NCBI RefSeq assembly: GCF_001194135.2
Contig: NC_068987.1
Coordinates: 99,275,391-99,319,351 of the forward strand
DNA from: Octopus bimaculoides
Lineage: Eukaryota
Direction of reading: 5' to 3'
DNA length: 43,961 nucleotides
In this document: piece by piece, positions 26,488-37,832 of the stretch
How the letters are laid out: each line of letters starts with the position of its first letter
How positions within the stretch are numbered: position 1 is the stretch's first letter
Program-made: the position numbers and the translations under genes
Notes under the pieces: model-generated
Seen by the model: the letters and a program-made list of their open reading frames with translations, nothing else
Databases searched by the model: none
Told to the model about the DNA's origin: nothing

Positions 26488-27477
26488 GATAGGTAGGTAG
26501 TTATGTATATGGAATACAGAAATAATTACGTACATACCGAACAAATGGCTGGGTTTCATGATGGGATATGCTATTGTCCACTCCCTTTCGTTATGTGGGG
26601 ACAATGGAGTTTTATTTGAAGCCACTCCGAAGAAATGATACACATGTTATTGCAGCGGCTACATTTGTGAAGGAGATGCATGCCATATTAGAAACAAAGA
26701 GAAACAATAAATCTTCTCCATCTGTATTATGGTAATGTTGATTATGCATAATTTCAAATAAAGCCACTGTCTGCCTTGAAAGCAAAACTACGTTGAGGAA
26801 TTCTGCTTTGAAATTATATGAGTTACGTATAGAACAACTATGGACAGTCAGTTATGAAGTTTTACCGTTCTAGTCCAGTAAGCGTAATCCTAAATAAAAG
26901 TGCGGAATCGTCTGCAAGATTTGGTTTCCGGTAAGCTTCAACTTACTTCATTAAGCAACAAAGAACTGCTCACCTCCATGTTGTGACGAATTGCCCCAGA
27001 GTTTGTAAGGACCGCCATCCAAACCTCATCCTTACATATGGCGCCAATATAGATACAACCTAATTAAAGTATTTTATTTTCTTCTGAACCATTTCGTTAC
27101 CATATTCCAGATGAACCATGCTGCGTATCTTTCAGTTACATTAACAGACAGTGTTCTGACCTACATTCCTATTTCAAAAACACTCTATTCTGATAACAAA
27201 ATATACATAACTCGTGTCACAACACCTAACAGTCTACATTTGAAAATCTATTCAGAAATCGGACAAGTGTATTCATTGATATTAAAATTTAATTAAATTC
27301 TAATTAATTATAAGATATTCTCTGGGACAAGTCCATTGTAGTTTAGGGTTTGAGCCCTAGAAACCACTTCATGCGAACCTTAGGCATCAGAGTGCCGACC
27401 AGCGTCGTTGGGTGTAGGTGCACTGCCACGTGGTACGACATTTTTGCTGTGCTTTTACCTGTTCTTCGGTCTTTGTG

Positions 27478-28034
27478 ATGGCTGAAACGAACGAAGAGCT
27501 TCCGTGAAATTTTAGTTTCTGTTGGGGAAAACGGACGCCGAAAGAGTTGTCATGTTTCAAAAGGCGTACAAGGATGATGCCATGAGCAAAACATAAGATT
27601 ACAAGTGGTTGCCCCGCTTTGGGAGTGAGTAATTGTCACTTGAAGACCAACTACATTCGGGGAGACCATTCACATCCTGAAAGAATGAATACACCATGAG
27701 AATTCATGAACAGATCATTGGGAGCTATCACCGAACAATTGACGGACATGTTGATATTAGTGGCTGGTTCTGGAATTCCTGACAACGTATATTGAGTGAC
27801 GAGTTGCGAATGAAAAGAGTTACAGAAAATTTGTTCCACGCTTGCTCACAGAAGAAAAAAAAGCAGTCATGACCGAATGCATGTCGCGAGCTAAAAACAC
27901 AGTGGGACATTTTTTTCCGAAAATCATCACTAGTGACGAAAGCTGGTGCTAGGCATGACATTGCAAGAGCTCCAGAACTACTTCGAACAGTGCGAAACGC
28001 GTCTGGGCCGACGCATTGCTTCAAATAGAGAATG
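27478..28034 (+). pseudogene. Internally deleted mariner transposase
   Basis: From ATG 27478, with frameshifts and stops: RASVKF*FLLGKT...MFQKAYKDDAMSKT*DYKW...LEDQLHSGRPFTS (HTH region), QRILSDELRMKRV, FVPRLLTEE, KIITSDESWC (first catalytic D at 27935). This is followed directly by TLQELQNYFEQCETRLGRRIASNRE (C-terminal helix), then an N gap. Confidence 0.85.
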
Positions 28035-28758
28035 NNNNNNNNNNNNNNNNNNNNNNNNNNNNNNNNNNNNNNNNNNNNNNNNNNNNNNNNNNNNNNNNNN
28101 NNNNNNNNNNNNNNNNNNNNNNNNNNNNNNNNNNNNNNNNNNNNNNNNNNNNNNNNNNNNNNNNNNNNNNNNNNNNNNNNNNNNNNNNNNNNNNNNNNNN
28201 NNNNNNNNNNNNNNNNNNNNNNNNNNNNNNNNNNNNNNNNNNNNNNNNNNNNNNNNNNNNNNNNNNNNNNNNNNNNNNNNNNNNNNNNNNNNNNNNNNNN
28301 NNNNNNNNNNNNNNNNNNNNNNNNNNNNNNNNNNNNNNNNNNNNNNNNNNNNNNNNNNNNNNNNNNNNNNNNNNNNNNNNNNNNNNNNNNNNNNNNNNNN
28401 NNNNNNNNNNNNNNNNNNNNNNNNNNNNNNNNNNNNNNNNNNNNNNNNNNNNNNNNNNNNNNNNNNNNNNNNNNNNNNNNNNNNNNNNNNNNNNNNNNNN
28501 NNNNNNNNNNNNNNNNNNNNNNNNNNNNNNNNNNNNNNNNNNNNNNNNNNNNNNNNNNNNNNNNNNNNNNNNNNNNNNNNNNNNNNNNNNNNNNNNNNNN
28601 NNNNNNNNNNNNNNNNNNNNNNNNNNNNNNNNNNNNNNNNNNNNNNNNNNNNNNNNNNNNNNNNNNNNNNNNNNNNNNNNNNNNNNNNNNNNNNNNNNNN
28701 NNNNNNNNNNNNNNNNNNNNNNNNNNNNNNNNNNNNNNNNNNNNNNNNNNNNNNNNNN
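28035..28758. other. Assembly gap (N)
   Basis: Run of N. Confidence 1.
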
Positions 28759-28861
<103 letters not shown>

Positions 28862-29281
28862 TGGTTATAATATTATGGAAATAGAGAAAAGAATGCAGAA
28901 AAATAATATCATTAATATTTATGAATATTAAAAAAATAGGAGAGAGAAAAAAAATTAACGTACAATCACACAAAGAAATACATGGTGAATATTTTAAACA
29001 CTTGAATGAGGAAGCAGTATCAAAAAGAGATTCATTGAAATTTTTAAAGCAAAGCAAATACTCAATGAGCGATAAAAATATTGTACCGCATTTACAAGAC
29101 AGAAACTTATTGTATGTAAGCAAAAAAAGCATAGAGATATTGTAAGGAAATATCGAATAAATGGCAATACAAATTCGTAAAATAGTACACATGAAATATT
29201 ACGAGAAACACGATGAGATAATCAAGATAATCTTTGCGAACCTACTACAAAAATATAGCATGCCAAAAACAAAAAACACAG

Positions 29282-29553
29282 CACATTATTTACATTTGAC
29301 GGATATTGGTCCTCAGGTTTTTTGTTGTTAACACAACGTTTTGGCTGATATACCGTCCAGCCTTCATCAGATGTCTTCGAGGAATTTCGAAGCTGGTTTC
29401 GATGTTATTATTATTAAGGTCGCTGTCTGGAATCGAACTTGGAATCTTGGGGTTGGTAGCCCGCGCTCTTAACCACTACGCCATATCCCCGTGGGCAATT
29501 ATGAAGTGAATCTTAGGGCTTATAAATCTAATATTCTCATATCCTTCCTTAAT
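29282..29553 (-). mobile_element. SINE-like element: tRNA-like Pol III head + short (AAT)n + hammerhead-bearing tail (copy 1)
   Basis: Minus strand: A-box TGGCGTAGTGG (29473-29483), B-box GTTCGATTCC (29429-29438), (AAT)4, then the hammerhead motif. Homologous along its length to 36127-36526. Confidence 0.85.
29330..29375 (-). ncRNA. Minimal type I hammerhead ribozyme motif (G12A variant, probably inactive)
   Basis: GACAU-CUGAUGA-A-GGCUG(GACGGUAUAU)CAGCC-AAAAC-GUU-GUGUU. It has a 5-bp stem II, stem I GACAU/GUGUU and a loopless palindromic stem III (AACGUU). The core GAAA is mutated to AAAA at 29342. Confidence 0.7.
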
Positions 29554-29569
29554 ACCGGTTCCCATATGG

Positions 29570-29613
29570 TAGCAGCAGCAGTAGCAGCAGCAGCAGCATC
29601 AGCAGTAGTAGTT

Positions 29614-29660
<47 letters not shown>

Positions 29661-29662
29661 TA
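29570..29662. repeat. (GCA)n(GTA)n microsatellite
   Basis: Seen directly. Confidence 0.9.
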
Positions 29663-30693
29663 TTGTTGTATCCTCTCCTCTCGACTTGGTGAGGGAAAGC
29701 CAATCGGATTGATTCAGCAATACGTTTACATCTTAAACTTCCTCACTCCATCAGTACAGTTTCTAATTGTAAATTATTCTACACCACTAGATGTCGAATT
29801 ATTATTTCAAATGACAAAAGGGATGCAACAATTGGTTTTCTTCCTTTCTTTTACATTTCGTCTTTTTTTTTTTAATTTTTGTTTCTCAGCTCAGACTTTG
29901 TTATAAGAACTTCTCGATTTTCCTTTCGTCGTGTTTTCTCAAAGACAAAAGTTTTCTTTTTCAAATTAGACCAGCTGTGTGTATTCGTATCACAGGGTAC
30001 GTTATGTGAATATGCCGAATTATTGTGTTTCTACAGCAGGAAGGTGTTAGTAGTTCATATGTACATACTGTATATATGAAATGACATTCGTATCCCAATG
30101 GAATTGGATTATCTTATTGTTGATACCGCCTATAATGGAACAGGAGACTCTAAATATAATGTTATACTCACACACATATTTATGTATATATGTGCTCTAG
30201 CATGATAGCAGTTCACTGACTGAAACTAGTAAAGGGATAGAAGGGTAAAAAGATATATATGTGAGAAATGTGACTGTTGGTACTGTTCATATATATGATG
30301 AGATGGAATTCAAAGTGACTGGTAATTGTCTGCGACAGTAAGACTTATATTTTGTAGTAAAATTCATAAAAAAGGAGTACGATATATTTGCCCTGAAAAT
30401 GAGAAGTCATTTCCGACAGTTTCCTTTTTAAGGCAAATTTAAAAGGATAGAAAATATCGAGAGGCAGCATAATTGTTCAAAAAATGCTCCTGCAAATGAT
30501 AATGAACGAAGTACCACGTGCGTTTCATACTTAAGAAACGGTATGATAAAGTAGAATGATAGCGGAATAGAACTAAGAGGAAAGACAGAGAAAATTCATG
30601 AGGGAAGCGGTAGGAAAAATGAGGGTTATGGAAGTTTCAATATAAGAAAATGTTTAATAAATTAAGAGAACAATTTGGAGTGGGAGGAAAAAA

Positions 30694-31340
30694 GCGTTTA
30701 TTTAACCCTCTCGGTGACATGGTGTCAAGCTCGAATATGAAAAGCTATGTCCTCATTTTCCTTGAAAATGCGGATCAGTAGAATGCAGGGATGCCGGGCA
30801 CTAATGAGTGAATGGTATAATGGTATTTAGTGTTGAAGTGAGGGGTGACAGGTTGGCCTCGATTAGTATGCTGTGAATGTGCTCCCGATAACTATCAACA
30901 AGGCATTGACCAGTTTCCCCAATGTAAAGTACCCTGTAAAATTTGAATATCAAGCAACATATAAAGCTAGACTATGTGCAACAAACAGAAGTTCTGAGTA
31001 ACATGATATTATGACCTACGCCCAGTGCTGGTCATGAGCAGGGATTACAACACTAGCGAGCCCATTCTAAAGTACCAGTTAAGATGATGCTGGGCCCAGT
31101 GGATGTTTCTAGGAGGTTCCCGTCTCTGTTTTGAAGGTGAAGAATAATGGTAAGACAAAGAGAGGAGGCGGCTGTGGGGACAGAAAGAAGAAAAGGACAG
31201 TTGCAGATGAGATTATCATTCAATAGCTGTACACAAGTTCGGAAGGTGAAAGAAAGTATACAGCGAGTTCGAGATACAGAGAGAAATGGAAAAAAAAGAC
31301 TGATAAAAGATACACTGGCCATTAAGTTCTTGTCTACACC
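30694..31340 (-). pseudogene. Penelope-like element remnant: linker plus GIY-YIG endonuclease
   Basis: Minus strand reads HLQNRDGNLLE..TGTLEWAR*CCNPC (linker, cf. YRRxxNLRD..GTxPCxRxRCxTC), then VLYIGETGQCLVDSYREHIHSI (YIGETG at 30909-30926), then after a frameshift QPVTPHFN...LFIFELDTMSPRGLNKR. These are the hallmark PLE endonuclease motifs. Confidence 0.85.
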
Positions 31341-31611
31341 AGAAGGTTTGATTACGGTCCAACGACATTAAAGACTGGGGCCATAATGTTTTATTTCGAA
31401 TTGTGAGTAAAATTGGTCACACGGCAAATATAGAAAAGCATTACATCTTTACTTCGAAAAACATCGTTTTTGTTGCGTTTGATCTGCAGGAAACGTATTT
31501 TAAAGGTGTAGGCGCCTGTGGAATTCTCAGTCAGTTACCTGTTTATTTAGAGCAACTAATTCGATTAATCAGAGACTGACACATCGTCAAACAACGGAAA
31601 TTCATTAGCCA

Positions 31612-31646
<35 letters not shown>

Positions 31647-31659
31647 GTATCTATCTATC

Positions 31660-31669
31660 NNNNNNNNNN
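31660..31669. other. Assembly gap (N)
   Basis: Run of N. Confidence 1.
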
Positions 31670-32041
31670 TGGATGTGTATATTTAACGGATTGAGTAATA
31701 TGTGCTTTACACAAAACGCTTCATCTGATCTAATCACACGCTTAATATCGCAAAATGCTCAATAAATAATTGATAGGCTGTAACTCTTGTAGGTGCACCC
31801 TTACACTAAGAACGGAAAAGATTTTAACAACTCAGCAAAAATCACATCAAACATATCCCATGCATTAAAAATTTACTATAACGAATTTTAGATCTATTTT
31901 GATTTGGTCGTGTTTTAAAGCACATTAATAGCGCATTAAATTTACCAACGCTGTGTGTCTGTATGCATATGTATGTGTGCGGGCATGAACGTGTGTACTA
32001 TGTGTTTGTATGCGTGTGGGAATGCGTGCGTCTGCTGATGT

Positions 32042-32107
32042 GGAGATGCACTGCCTAGTGGTTTCGGAGATGGGTTCTTGAGTTTACGCTTGTGGTTTCG
32101 AATCCTC
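32042..32107 (+). mobile_element. Degenerate tRNA-like SINE head (different family)
   Basis: ggagatgcactgcctagtggtt (A-box-like)...ggtttcgaatcc (B-box-like). No body recognised before the N gap. Confidence 0.4.
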
Positions 32108-32156
32108 CGTAGGATTATATATTTTGTTCTTAAACAAAATATTTCTTTATTCATAT

Positions 32157-32948
32157 NNNNNNNNNNNNNNNNNNNNNNNNNNNNNNNNNNNNNNNNNNNN
32201 NNNNNNNNNNNNNNNNNNNNNNNNNNNNNNNNNNNNNNNNNNNNNNNNNNNNNNNNNNNNNNNNNNNNNNNNNNNNNNNNNNNNNNNNNNNNNNNNNNNN
32301 NNNNNNNNNNNNNNNNNNNNNNNNNNNNNNNNNNNNNNNNNNNNNNNNNNNNNNNNNNNNNNNNNNNNNNNNNNNNNNNNNNNNNNNNNNNNNNNNNNNN
32401 NNNNNNNNNNNNNNNNNNNNNNNNNNNNNNNNNNNNNNNNNNNNNNNNNNNNNNNNNNNNNNNNNNNNNNNNNNNNNNNNNNNNNNNNNNNNNNNNNNNN
32501 NNNNNNNNNNNNNNNNNNNNNNNNNNNNNNNNNNNNNNNNNNNNNNNNNNNNNNNNNNNNNNNNNNNNNNNNNNNNNNNNNNNNNNNNNNNNNNNNNNNN
32601 NNNNNNNNNNNNNNNNNNNNNNNNNNNNNNNNNNNNNNNNNNNNNNNNNNNNNNNNNNNNNNNNNNNNNNNNNNNNNNNNNNNNNNNNNNNNNNNNNNNN
32701 NNNNNNNNNNNNNNNNNNNNNNNNNNNNNNNNNNNNNNNNNNNNNNNNNNNNNNNNNNNNNNNNNNNNNNNNNNNNNNNNNNNNNNNNNNNNNNNNNNNN
32801 NNNNNNNNNNNNNNNNNNNNNNNNNNNNNNNNNNNNNNNNNNNNNNNNNNNNNNNNNNNNNNNNNNNNNNNNNNNNNNNNNNNNNNNNNNNNNNNNNNNN
32901 NNNNNNNNNNNNNNNNNNNNNNNNNNNNNNNNNNNNNNNNNNNNNNNN
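32157..32948. other. Assembly gap (N)
   Basis: Run of N. Confidence 1.
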
Positions 32949-32981
<33 letters not shown>

Positions 32982-33094
32982 TTTCTGGATATTTGATTTT
33001 GTATACGAGCGGCTGTTTACACCAAATGTATACAGTCTCTAATCAGCCCGACAGTTTCATCTAGTTTGGGGTTGTTGACCCACTATATCTCATG

Positions 33095-33305
33095 CACATT
33101 TTGGTGCAAGGTCAGGAATTTCAGGACAGGGGCTAAGTCATTTGCATTGACCGCAGTGGTCAACTTGTACGTATTCTAGCGACACCGAATGTTTGAATGA
33201 TAAAATCGACCTCGGCAGAATTTAAAATCACTACGTAAAGGTGGACGAAATGCCTCTAAGCAATTGTGCTTTGCGTGATAACGCCTAAGTTCTCCGGCTT
33301 CACTC
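33095..33305 (-). mobile_element. tRNA-derived SINE, diverged copy of the 24490 family
   Basis: ttttggtgcaaggtcagg...aaaatcgacctcggcagaatttaaaatca...ggacgaaatgcctctaagca matches the 24490/39843 copies. Confidence 0.7.
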
Positions 33306-33349
33306 GACTCAACATAACGGGTTTTAGATTTTGGAAGATGGCTAGTAAT

Positions 33350-33457
33350 TTCTAAGGAGGGGTTGATTTTATTATATCTACCCAAGCTCAACTTGCGGAC
33401 GGAATGCAGCTAAGCATCGATCCCCGCATGCTAAGGATTCTGCCAGCTCCTCGCTTT
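33350..33457 (-). mobile_element. Partial SINE copy (head region)
   Basis: ggacggaatgcagctaagcat...gctaaggattctgccagctcctcgcttt matches the family head. Confidence 0.65.
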
Positions 33458-34583
33458 AACTTGACCTATAATACTGATTTCTTTACAAAATAGTGTTTGC
33501 ATTCTTTTATTATGTACAATTATTCTACAATTTTTTTAACATCTCTCAACGTTGGTTATGTGCGTGTTTGTGTGTAAGTATTTATCGAAGTTGTGTTAAA
33601 ATCGCCCAAAAACATAAGGATATCTCGTCTCGAGTGATTCTATATTGCAATCGAATTCTGCCCTAAAATAGATTCCAAGACAAAACGAACTGTTGTAAAA
33701 TGGTAAAGAAAAGAAAAATGTATTAGTGACAATACTTTAGTATATGAGAAAGAATATAATGGAAAGGAAAATACATATAAACTAAATAGCAATAAATCTA
33801 GAGATCGCACGGAATATTGGTGGAAAATATTTGCATAGGCAAAAGAAAGGAAATAAAGAGTGAGAGATGAGAAGAAGATAATTTTCTGTGAAACTTGATG
33901 TCTGGAATCTGAAAAGAATTGTTTGTGAATGGGTACACACATCAGGTAATTGTTATATGAAAGCGTCAACGATACACACTAAGATCGAAGACTTTTTGCG
34001 TATATATATACATGCATAAATACATATACACACGGATAACATACATATGGAGAGAGAGGCATATTCGTAAATATATCTAGATATCATTCTATATATTTAT
34101 ATATATACTTATACATGTTTGTATGCACGCACGCATACACAAGTGTGTGTGTGTGTGTGTGCAAGCGAATATATACTCCTACCTGTAGTATAAACCTTTT
34201 CTACCAGCTGCAGAAAATCTCATAAAATGCCCGAAACACATTATATAATTTATTGGTAAGATCTTGATCTGATGGGAAACATGATCGTCTGGGAGAGTTG
34301 GAACTATTCAGGTTTTGGAGATATTCTTTTCTTTTTAATACTTTGTTTTTATTTTTACAGATGGCTGATAGAATATATTAGTTTCTCATAAATACATCGA
34401 AAATCTTCGAGCAAATATCAACTTTCATTGCTAGCTTTCATATTCACGCATACTGTTAGATCTTTCTTGTTAAAGAATGTCCACAACAGGCCGGTTCCTT
34501 TGTGCTGCATTTGTTAATTTATGTATGTATATATATATATGTATGCATATAAGCATGTATGTGCTCGTGGTTAACCGTAGATA

Positions 34584-35387
34584 NNNNNNNNNNNNNNNNN
34601 NNNNNNNNNNNNNNNNNNNNNNNNNNNNNNNNNNNNNNNNNNNNNNNNNNNNNNNNNNNNNNNNNNNNNNNNNNNNNNNNNNNNNNNNNNNNNNNNNNNN
34701 NNNNNNNNNNNNNNNNNNNNNNNNNNNNNNNNNNNNNNNNNNNNNNNNNNNNNNNNNNNNNNNNNNNNNNNNNNNNNNNNNNNNNNNNNNNNNNNNNNNN
34801 NNNNNNNNNNNNNNNNNNNNNNNNNNNNNNNNNNNNNNNNNNNNNNNNNNNNNNNNNNNNNNNNNNNNNNNNNNNNNNNNNNNNNNNNNNNNNNNNNNNN
34901 NNNNNNNNNNNNNNNNNNNNNNNNNNNNNNNNNNNNNNNNNNNNNNNNNNNNNNNNNNNNNNNNNNNNNNNNNNNNNNNNNNNNNNNNNNNNNNNNNNNN
35001 NNNNNNNNNNNNNNNNNNNNNNNNNNNNNNNNNNNNNNNNNNNNNNNNNNNNNNNNNNNNNNNNNNNNNNNNNNNNNNNNNNNNNNNNNNNNNNNNNNNN
35101 NNNNNNNNNNNNNNNNNNNNNNNNNNNNNNNNNNNNNNNNNNNNNNNNNNNNNNNNNNNNNNNNNNNNNNNNNNNNNNNNNNNNNNNNNNNNNNNNNNNN
35201 NNNNNNNNNNNNNNNNNNNNNNNNNNNNNNNNNNNNNNNNNNNNNNNNNNNNNNNNNNNNNNNNNNNNNNNNNNNNNNNNNNNNNNNNNNNNNNNNNNNN
35301 NNNNNNNNNNNNNNNNNNNNNNNNNNNNNNNNNNNNNNNNNNNNNNNNNNNNNNNNNNNNNNNNNNNNNNNNNNNNNNNNNNNNNNN
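34584..35387. other. Assembly gap (N)
   Basis: Run of N. Confidence 1.
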
Positions 35388-35431
<44 letters not shown>

Positions 35432-36126
35432 TATATGCTGATAATATCTCTTCATACACGCACACACATTCAGGATGTGAGTGTGTGCGTAAGTATAATT
35501 ATAATTATAGTCACAAACTCACGTCATCGATTTAGTTTGTGTATGTAGTTCTAGCACTGATAAATTTAAGAAAATGCTGGATTTCGATATTTACTTACGT
35601 GTTGTAGAATGTTTGCCGAAGATCATGACTAAATTATTTCCTGTCTCTAAAGAAGTATCGTGTCTTTGGTGGTACGTTTTGAATTACGTCATATACACAG
35701 CGAGGGGACTTACAAATCCACACTTCTACTTATTTTGAAGATTCATACATTATTTGTGACTGCTGAGGTGAAAGTACAATTTAATTTCAGTGATTCATTC
35801 ATGTGCTGTTCCATTGAGTTATGAGGTTGACTAATTTTCGTATCTATTCCGTATACTGTTCTACATCTTTTGGAGAGATTGATTACAGTATTTGAGGATG
35901 ATAGTGTAAATGCAGACGAAACCAATTGCTCTTCAGTATTAGAGGAGGTACGATTTTTTTTATTTTATGAAAAACAATTACACGTGTTATACGTACAACA
36001 TCTTGTTTCGGTATCATATATTTTCCTTCCTTTTATTTTGATCATTTGAGCCACAACCTTGCCATGAATTTACATAAAACAAGGTGTTTCCAGTAGCAGC
36101 AATTTCTACCGACAGGGTGCTTATAA

Positions 36127-36290
36127 CATTATTTATATTAATTACATTTGGCGGATGTTTGTCCTCATCTTGTTTGTTGTTAACACACCGTTTCGGCTGA
36201 TATACCCTCCAGCCTTCATCGGGTGTCTTGGGGAAATTTCGAACCTGGACTCTGAATCCTAAGGTATTGAGATGTTTTTTTTCGATGTTG

Positions 36291-36354
<64 letters not shown>

Positions 36355-36526
36355 CATTATTATTATTATTATTATTATTATCATTATTGTTATTATTATT
36401 ATTATTATTCAGGTCACTGCCTGGAATCGAATTAGGAATCTTGGGGTTAGTAGCCCGCGCTCTTAAACCTTACGCCATATGAATTTTAGGGCTTATAATT
36501 CTAATATTCACCTATCCTACCTTAAT
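36127..36526 (-). mobile_element. SINE-like tRNA-head + hammerhead element (copy 2) with expanded internal (AAT)n
   Basis: Colinear with 29282-29553. It has about 115 bp of (TAT)n at 36295-36409 and about 35 extra bp of body. The head at 36412-36480 has degraded A and B boxes. Confidence 0.85.
36182..36227 (-). ncRNA. Minimal hammerhead motif (U4C and U16.1G variant, probably inactive)
   Basis: GACAC-CCGAUGA-A-GGCUG(GAGGGUAUAU)CAGCC-GAAAC-GGU-GUGUU. GAAA and stems I/II are intact. Substitutions are at 36221 and 36188. Confidence 0.7.
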
Positions 36527-37401
36527 GAAGTTTACCATCAGCAGAACAGCGATGTCGAAGTTATAGATTGGTGTCACCTATTTGTAGAGGAACGTATGTG
36601 TCTGACAGTATTCCTGCTGCTAACGATGAAAGATTAGTTTTTACGTTTCACACAACTGCAGACGTCACGGAAAAAATTGCTGTAGAAAGACGTGGCAGAC
36701 CAAGGATAACTACTCCAGTTCACCGTCTATGAAGCTTTAGAGATTCGAAGCTGCATCGAATTTCTCCACATCAATAGTCGCAACTCACTTCGCGCTCCCT
36801 AAACTGAATGTTGGCAGCAAATTATAGCAAATGTGATCTTGGATGGATTCGAACACGAAAAAAAAAAAAACCGATCGAACCACATCAGAAATGGTGTTCG
36901 ATTCTCTGATGATTACTCCAATCTAGCGACGTAAAGAACTGAAAGACGTTATTACAACTCTTTCCGCTTACTGTCGAGTGTTATGATGTTCTGTTGCTTT
37001 TATATTTTTCCTGAAATCAATTGTCTGTTTGTTACCAAATATAGTTAAAATAGTTCAAATACAAATCACTTCTTCAGTCGAAATTGGTTTATTTTATCTC
37101 AATTCTATGTCTTAGGATTTGAGCCGAACTTGAACATGAAGAGACACTAAAGAAAATGAGATAAGGAATAAAGTTACAAAGAAAGAATCACACGGAGCAA
37201 TCTGTTGTTGAATACGTCAAACTTATAAAATAAAGAACATTAAACCGAGATCGAAATCTTACAAATATGGTTTAATAATTGCTTCAATTGAAAAGGGAAA
37301 GTGTTTAAACATATGACCTAAAACTTTCATGAAATCTATTAGCAGAGAAGTTTCATACACACGGATAAACGCGCTCACACAGACAGAATCTCACACACAG
37401 A

Positions 37402-37406
<5 letters not shown>

Positions 37407-37472
<66 letters not shown>
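37407..37472. repeat. (GA)n microsatellite
   Basis: Seen directly. Confidence 0.95.
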
Positions 37473-37476
<4 letters not shown>

Positions 37477-37832
37477 GGGGATGGCGGAGAGAGGGGCGGA
37501 GACAGAACATGTTTATGTGCGTGAGTGTGTGTGTATGTCTGTGTGTGCGTGTGTGTGTGTATGAAACAGTTTGTTGTATGAAATAGTTTGTTTCATCAGG
37601 TCTTTTGTAGTGAGAGTTATATGTCCCAGTAGTTTCATCTTCATTGCTTTCAGCCATGATGTTATTTGTCTCAGTTCGTTGATCTGTTGAATCACAATTA
37701 TTCTAATTTTATTCAGCATTCTATGACCGACTGACTACTAAAAAATACAATTGAAATAAAACCAGTTTCAAATAGAGTAACAGATATACAAACAGACACG
37801 AAACCAAAACAGCCATGATATATATATATATA

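Noticed and set aside
29418-29490. Possible tRNA gene
   Set aside because: A and B boxes are present but the acceptor stem does not pair, and the anticodon differs between the two copies (ACC vs ACT). It is a SINE-type head.
30500-30690. Search for a hammerhead directly downstream of the PLE endonuclease
   Set aside because: Only an isolated GAAACG was seen, with no CUGANGA or stems.
34250-34400. Intron-like GTAAGA...TTTTACAG followed by ATG
   Set aside because: The ORF stops after six codons and has no recognisable homology.
36688-36730. RRGRPRITTP, a Tc1-like HTH linker
   Set aside because: Too short, and no other transposase motifs were found nearby.
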